In this document: in pieces, positions 33,890 to 38,921 of the stretch | Numbering within the stretch: position 1 is the stretch's first letter | Layout: the number at the start of each line of letters is the position of its first letter | NCBI RefSeq assembly: GCF_001194135.2 | Contig: NC_068982.1 | Coordinates: 11,957,473 to 11,996,393 of the forward strand | DNA length: 38,921 nt | Reading direction: 5' to 3' | Source of the DNA: Octopus bimaculoides | Taxonomy: Eukaryota | Notes under the pieces: generated by a model | The model's database searches: none | Seen by the model: only the letters and a program-made list of their open reading frames with translations | What the model was told of the DNA's origin: nothing | Translations under genes and position numbers: made by a program

Positions 33890-34487
33890 ATACCAACAAA
33901 AGTTATCTAGCAAAAGATTTTATAATTCTTAGTACTTTGACTAAAATGAAGACGACTAACGAAAGTTATCTGAAATACCAAATATTTTAAATTCTAAACA
34001 TTTTCAATAAATTAATTTTTTTTTTCAAGAATTGAATTGTTGAAAAGATTATTATATCCTGATATTCAGCAAATGTGAAAATAGACTATTGAACAAATTA
34101 TACATATCCTTTTCATGGCAAAGTTTCCCCCCAAGAAATAATGTATTTATTTCCACCGAAGTGCAGCTTCAGCTTTGATAATCAATGAAATTTGAGATGT
34201 TTTATCTGAACTGTATAGGAATAGACAGATTATTAGCTATTTTAGGTGAACAGATATTCTAAATAGCTGTTCATTATGAAAGAAACTATTGATTAAGTGC
34301 GTTTTATGATTGCTAAGTAAATTGATTATACATTTTTGTGACTAAAACTTCTAGAAAACAGTTGCTAAAATTAGAAAATGTACAGCAATTTTTTATTTAT
34401 TAATATTTTGAAATTGGAAGACTGTGGTAAGATAGTATTATTCTGTTTGTCCTTCTAATGTTTTCTCATCTATCTCCTTTGTGTCAA

Positions 34488-34488
<1 letters not shown>

Positions 34489-34523
<35 letters not shown>

Positions 34524-35350
34524 TATTATTTGTATCCCAGACTCCTGGAGTCTTGCATGCATAGCAGGCTTCCTACCTGCACCCTATGGTACCATGCTAT
34601 TCATTCTTTTCAGTTATTTGATACTTTCCTGGTTATTCTGGCCATGCCAAGAAGGCAGACCTTTTGTAACAGTTCTACTGGGCACTCTATTCCAGTTTCC
34701 TTGATATTCCTCTTGATGCCTTCTGATACTGTTCCTAAGAACCCAACAATAATTGGCACTCTCTTCACCTTCTTCTGTTTCCATAGCTGAGCTATTTCAT
34801 ACTTAAGAGGATTGTATATATATATATATATCTATTTTTTCACCTTCCTTCTTGACTATTCATGGGTCAAAGGGTCACACATCTACCGCATAGCACATAG
34901 GTCTGGTTTGTTATGCTCTGGCACCAGATCTGTGTGGATTAGGAAATCCCAGAGGGTTTTGCAAGTCTCTGAGTCTGCCACTCTCTGTGGTTTGTGCTCA
35001 TACCATGTCTTGCATCTCTCTAGCCCCTAATTTTTGCAGTTTCCAATGTGGCACTTTCACTATCCCATGGTCTCACCACAACTTGTAGTGGTTTTGGGTA
35101 AGTCTAGGTTATTCGTTTGCGATATGGGAAATGGTTTCATCCACTCTGTTACAGATGTGATACAGTAGAAACACTTGCACATTCCTTAGGTTGACCCTCC
35201 AATTCATGGCCAAAGTTTGGTCTTGCACTGCCAGTATAGTGCTAGCCGTGTTGTTATCCTCAGGCTTGGTGGACCATAAGTCTCCTTAAATTTCCAGAAA
35301 CTCTCTTGCAAAATACAAGATGGCACTTTTTTTGCAGTCTGAACATACAT
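34489..35350 (-). mobile_element. 5'-truncated R4/Dong-clade non-LTR retrotransposon relic ending in (TAA)n
   Basis: Frameshifted pieces read TILAVQDQTL...ETISHI...HWKL, WYEHKP...LWDFLIHTDLVPEHNKPD and KRVPIIVGFLGTV...LQKVCLLGMARITRKV*. These are the zinc-knuckle and restriction-like endonuclease region of R4/Dong. (ATT)n lies at about 34489-34521. Confidence 0.9.
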
Positions 35351-35479
35351 GTTTCCTTTCTAATATCTTTCAGCATCTTGTGTTACAGTTTAGAATTGGT
35401 GCTGAATGCACCACAGGAACAACTATCACTTCATCTGGCCTGCTATTATTATTATCAATGCTATTATTATTAAAGTAGC

Positions 35480-35640
35480 AAACTAGAAGGTTGAGTAGCA
35501 ACTTCTGACCTTTCAAGGTCAATAATATAAGTACCAGACTTAAAAATAAGTGCTGGGGGTTGATTTGTTCAAGTAAAACTCTGCAACAACTTACCCCAGC
35601 ATGGCTGCAATCCAACGACTGAAACAAATAAGAGATAACA
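35480..35640 (+). mobile_element. Decayed SINE family B-type tail
   Basis: AAGTACCAG...GGGGTTGATTTG...CCCCAGCATGGCTGCAATCCAACGACTGAAAC. Confidence 0.6.
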
Positions 35641-35724
35641 GAAAAGGGAGATAACTCCACATAATACCAGTCAATTGAAATTTTTCTTTCAGTTTATTAT
35701 ATTACATATTATATATATATATAT

Positions 35725-35792
35725 ATATATCAGACTGTATTATATATGATGATGATGATATATCAGACCCTATCATATATTATATATATTAC

Positions 35793-35833
<41 letters not shown>

Positions 35834-36160
35834 CCCTATTATATTATATGTATATCAGACCCTATTATATTATATGTATCAAACCCTATTATATTATATG
35901 TATATCAGACCCTATTATATTATATGTATACCAGACCCTATTATATTATATATATATCAAACCCTATTATATATATTATATATATTATATATATATATCA
36001 GACCCTATTATATTATATATTATATAACAAATAAAAAGATATATTTTCAACACGTAAATACTGATAGAACAGTATATATAGAATAAAAATCCTTTTAGAG
36101 CAAACCCTATATATCAGACCCTATTATATTATACATTATATATATATCAGACCCTATATC
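35725..36160. repeat. ~26-bp AT-rich minisatellite
   Basis: About 11 copies of the core CA(G/A)ACCCTAT. Unit TATATCAGACCCTATTATATTATATG. Confidence 0.9.
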
Positions 36161-36914
36161 TGTATTTAGTTTGAAGAAAGCTCCCAGCCAAGGTTTTTTA
36201 CTTCAGCTGCATTGTTCATAGAATATTGGGCTTTCCTAATGTTTTTGAAATGTGATAGTATTGTAGTATTGTTTAAGAACATATTAATGTTTCAGCATGT
36301 GTGGAGGTTAATGAATGTTCATTTTTAGTGTATTTCCATAGCTAGTTTAATGATATGTGTTCTTTTATAAGCATATTTTACATTCCTTTCTATAACTAGT
36401 CTATGTTTAATGCAACGCAAGTTTCAACCTCGTTCAATAAATTAAAACATTGACTATTGTTACTTGTGTATGTATATTTGCAAATTATTTTAGTCGTATT
36501 TGTTTCCACTGAGTACAGACTTTTCTGCTGAGTACAGACGTAGATCTCTGAAAATATGTCAGCAATTTAATGGATGAGAGCTTATCTGCAAGTTATTTAG
36601 TTATTCACATTACAAATGTAATAACAACTAGCCTTCATATAAATTATTACCAAATATCTTTCATAAAAAATTTCTTCCAAACTGACTACAAAATAGATTG
36701 CCTCAACTTGTTTGTTGACAAACTGCTTACATAAAACTATCACAACACGACAACATAGAAGAGAGACATATTATGGAGCAAAAATCATAACATAAAATAT
36801 CAAACATAACACACATTCAAATAATAATCACAGAAACATATTCATACAATTTAGCCATTATACAAGCAAACAAAACTTTTATATAATACAAGTACAAAAG
36901 CACCTCGATATCAC

Positions 36915-37105
36915 TATCATCATCATCATTGAACATCCATATTTCATGTTGGCATGTGTTAGATGGTTTAACAGGATCTGATGAGTCCAAGGACAGCATC
37001 ATGTTCCAAGGTTTGATTTGCTGTGATCTCGATGGCCGGATGCCCTTCCTAGTGCCAACCACTTTGCAATGTGTACTGGGTGCTTTTTTCATACCACCTG
37101 CACTA
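36915..37105 (-). mobile_element. RTE-type 3' tail variant
   Basis: (ATC)n...CATGTTGGCATG...GATGCCCTTCCTAGTGCCAACC. Confidence 0.65.
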
Positions 37106-37148
37106 TGTATCTATATTTATATCTATTTACCTATCTATCTATCTATAT

Positions 37149-37520
37149 AGGCGTGTGGTAAGAAGCTTGCTAACCAATGACATGGTTCCAGGTTCAGTCA
37201 CATTGTATGGCACCTCAGGTAAGTGTCTTCAACTATAGCCCCGGGCTGACTAAAGTTTTGTGAGTGGATTTAGTAAACAGAAACGGAAAGAAGCCTGTCG
37301 TGTATGTGTGTGTGTGCCTTTTTGTCTGTTTGTCCCCCACACCCCATTACTGCTTGACAACTGGTGCTGTGCTTACATACCCATAACTTAGTGGTTCAGC
37401 AAAAGAGACCAATAGAATAAATACTAGGCTTAAAAAGAAAATTCTGGGGTTGATTTGCCCGACTAAAATCCTTTAAGGCGAAAGTCAAATGACTGAAACC
37501 GATAAAAGAATAAAGAATAT
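37149..37520 (+). mobile_element. SINE family B, near full length
   Basis: GTGTGGTAAGAAGCTTGC...GGTTCAGTC...GTCAAATGACTGAAAC. Confidence 0.8.
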
Positions 37521-37549
37521 GCCTATGTGTGTGTGTGTGTGTATATATA

Positions 37550-37890
37550 TGTGCCAGTGACATGTGGAAAGCACGTAAAAAGCACCATTCAAGTGTGGTC
37601 GATGCCAGAGCTGCCTGACTGGCTCTCGTGCCAGGGATACGTAAAAAGTACCTACTACACTCTCAGAGTGGTTGGTGTTGGGATGGGCATCCAGCTGTAG
37701 AAACNNNNNNNNNNNNNNNNNNNNNNNNNNNNNNNNNNNNNNNNNNNNNNNNNNNNNNNNNNNNNNNNNNNNNNNNNNNNNNNNNNNNNNNNNNNNNNNN
37801 NNNNNNNNNNNNNNNNNNNNNNNNNNNNNNNNNCAAACCGTCCAACCCATGCCAGCATGGAAAGCAGACGTTAAACGATGATGATGATGT
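37550..37890 (+). mobile_element. RTE family A 3' end spanning a gap
   Basis: GATGGGCATCCAGCTGTAGAAAC-[N]-CAAACCGTCCAACCCATGCCAGCATGG...(GAT)n. Confidence 0.75.
37705..37833. other. Assembly gap
   Basis: Run of N. Confidence 1.
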
Positions 37891-37892
37891 AT

Positions 37893-37939
<47 letters not shown>

Positions 37940-37958
37940 GTGTCTGTGCATATACACG

Positions 37959-38022
37959 TATTGGATTGGCCAAAATGTCCGTTCCATTTTTGTCAATTCC
38001 ACAAACTTCAAGCACCCTAATA
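37959..38022. mobile_element. Possible tiny mariner-type MITE remnant
   Basis: TATTGGATTGGCCAAAATGTCCGTT resembles mariner TIRs. The putative other end (CACCCTAATA) is weak. Confidence 0.3.
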
Positions 38023-38408
38023 AGCAGATAACTTAAGTTGGTCCCTTGCACATACACACTAGCTAGATATTTAAAACTTCAACATAGTTCAGCACAAACT
38101 TATGATGAGACAGGTTGTATTTTGTGTTTTGGAATCGCCCTGACAATGGAGAACCAAAATGAATATTATTAGCATCTGGTACATTTTTAGAGTGAAAAAA
38201 GGCAAGAGAATGGCAGAAAGCTGCTGGAAGATATGCACAGAGAACGGAAAGGATGCTGCTATGGACCATATGTGCCAGACGTAGTTTTCAAGAATTGATT
38301 GGGAAAATTTCAGTACAAGACACCTCTCACTCTGGCTGGCATTAGCAGCATAGTACAGTGGGAAAAAATAGAGGATAAGTTATAGAAATTATACATACAT
38401 ATATATTC

Positions 38409-38707
38409 ATGGAGGCAGTGACTGAGTCCATTTGGCATTATGCCGTGCTTGAGAAGAAGACCTATCAAGCCAAGTAAAACCACAGTTGTGGCAGATACCG
38501 GTGTCACACAAACGGCACCCGTACTGGTGGGAGATAAAAGCACCCATTACACTCTTAGAATTGTTGGTGTTAGGAAGGGTGTCCAGCCATAGAAAACCAT
38601 GCTAAATCAAATTGGAGTGTGGTGCAGCCTTCCAGCTTGCCAGACCTGGTCAAACTGTCCAACCCATGCCAGCATGGACAATGGACGTTAAATGATGATG
38701 ATGATGA
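38409..38707 (+). mobile_element. RTE LINE ORF2 end plus 3' UTR plus (GAT)n
   Basis: MEAVTESIWHYAVLEKKTYQAK* followed by the family A tail. This links family A to the RTE ORF relic at 19841 (MEAMTS). Confidence 0.75.
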
Positions 38708-38875
38708 GTAGCTGTGTGGTAAGTAGCTTGCTTACCAATCACATGGTTCAAAGTTCAATCCTACTGTATGGCACCTTGGGCAAGTGTCTTCTACTATAGC
38801 CTTGGGTTAACTAAAGCCTTGGGTTAACTAAAGCCTTGTGAATGGATTTGGTAGACAGAAACTGAAAGAAGCCCG

Positions 38876-38880
<5 letters not shown>
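38708..38880 (+). mobile_element. SINE family B, 5' half
   Basis: GCTGTGTGGTAAGTAGCTTGC...GGCACCTTGGGCAAGTGTC...GAAGCCCGTC, with an internal 17-bp tandem duplication CCTTGGGTTAACTAAAG. Confidence 0.8.

Positions 38881-38921
<41 letters not shown>

Noticed and set aside
33893-33969. Exon-like segment on the minus strand (TTTCAG ... GTATGG)
   Set aside because: Stop codons in all three frames.
35725-36160. CRISPR-like repeat-spacer appearance
   Set aside because: Eukaryotic context, low-complexity non-unique spacers and no cas genes. It is a minisatellite.
36978-37000. CTGATGA-GTCC-AA-GGAC, resembling a hammerhead stem II
   Set aside because: No GAAA follows (AGCA instead), stems I and III are absent, and it lies in an RTE-type tail.
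38190-38300. Purine-rich frame SEKRQENGRKLLEDMHRERKGCCYGPYVPDVVFKN*
   Set aside because: Short, unrecognised and adjacent to TE debris. It cannot be assigned.

Overview
AT-rich eukaryotic genomic DNA with four assembly gaps (641-1567, 23288-23399, 27297-28098, 37705-37833). The repeat families look, from memory, like octopus (cephalopod) repeats; this is recognition, not a database result. No long genuine ORF is present, and almost all ORF-track entries come from N-runs, microsatellites or SINEs. The window is dominated by three tRNA-headed SINE families and by 5'-truncated RTE-LINE 3' ends with (GAT)n tails. It also holds decayed coding relics of R4/Dong, CR1/L2-group, Penelope (GIY-YIG) and hAT elements, plus MITEs. 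A few short candidate exons suggest this is intronic space of an unidentified gene, possibly on the minus strand. The most interesting signals are two minimal Penelope-type hammerhead-ribozyme folds (14770-14815 minus; 28099-28133 plus), a ~96% identical ~200-bp inverted repeat, a CpG-rich retroposed insert with a target-site duplication (TSD) that I cannot assign to a family, and SINE multimers sharing one junction. Coordinates of decayed repeats are approximate.
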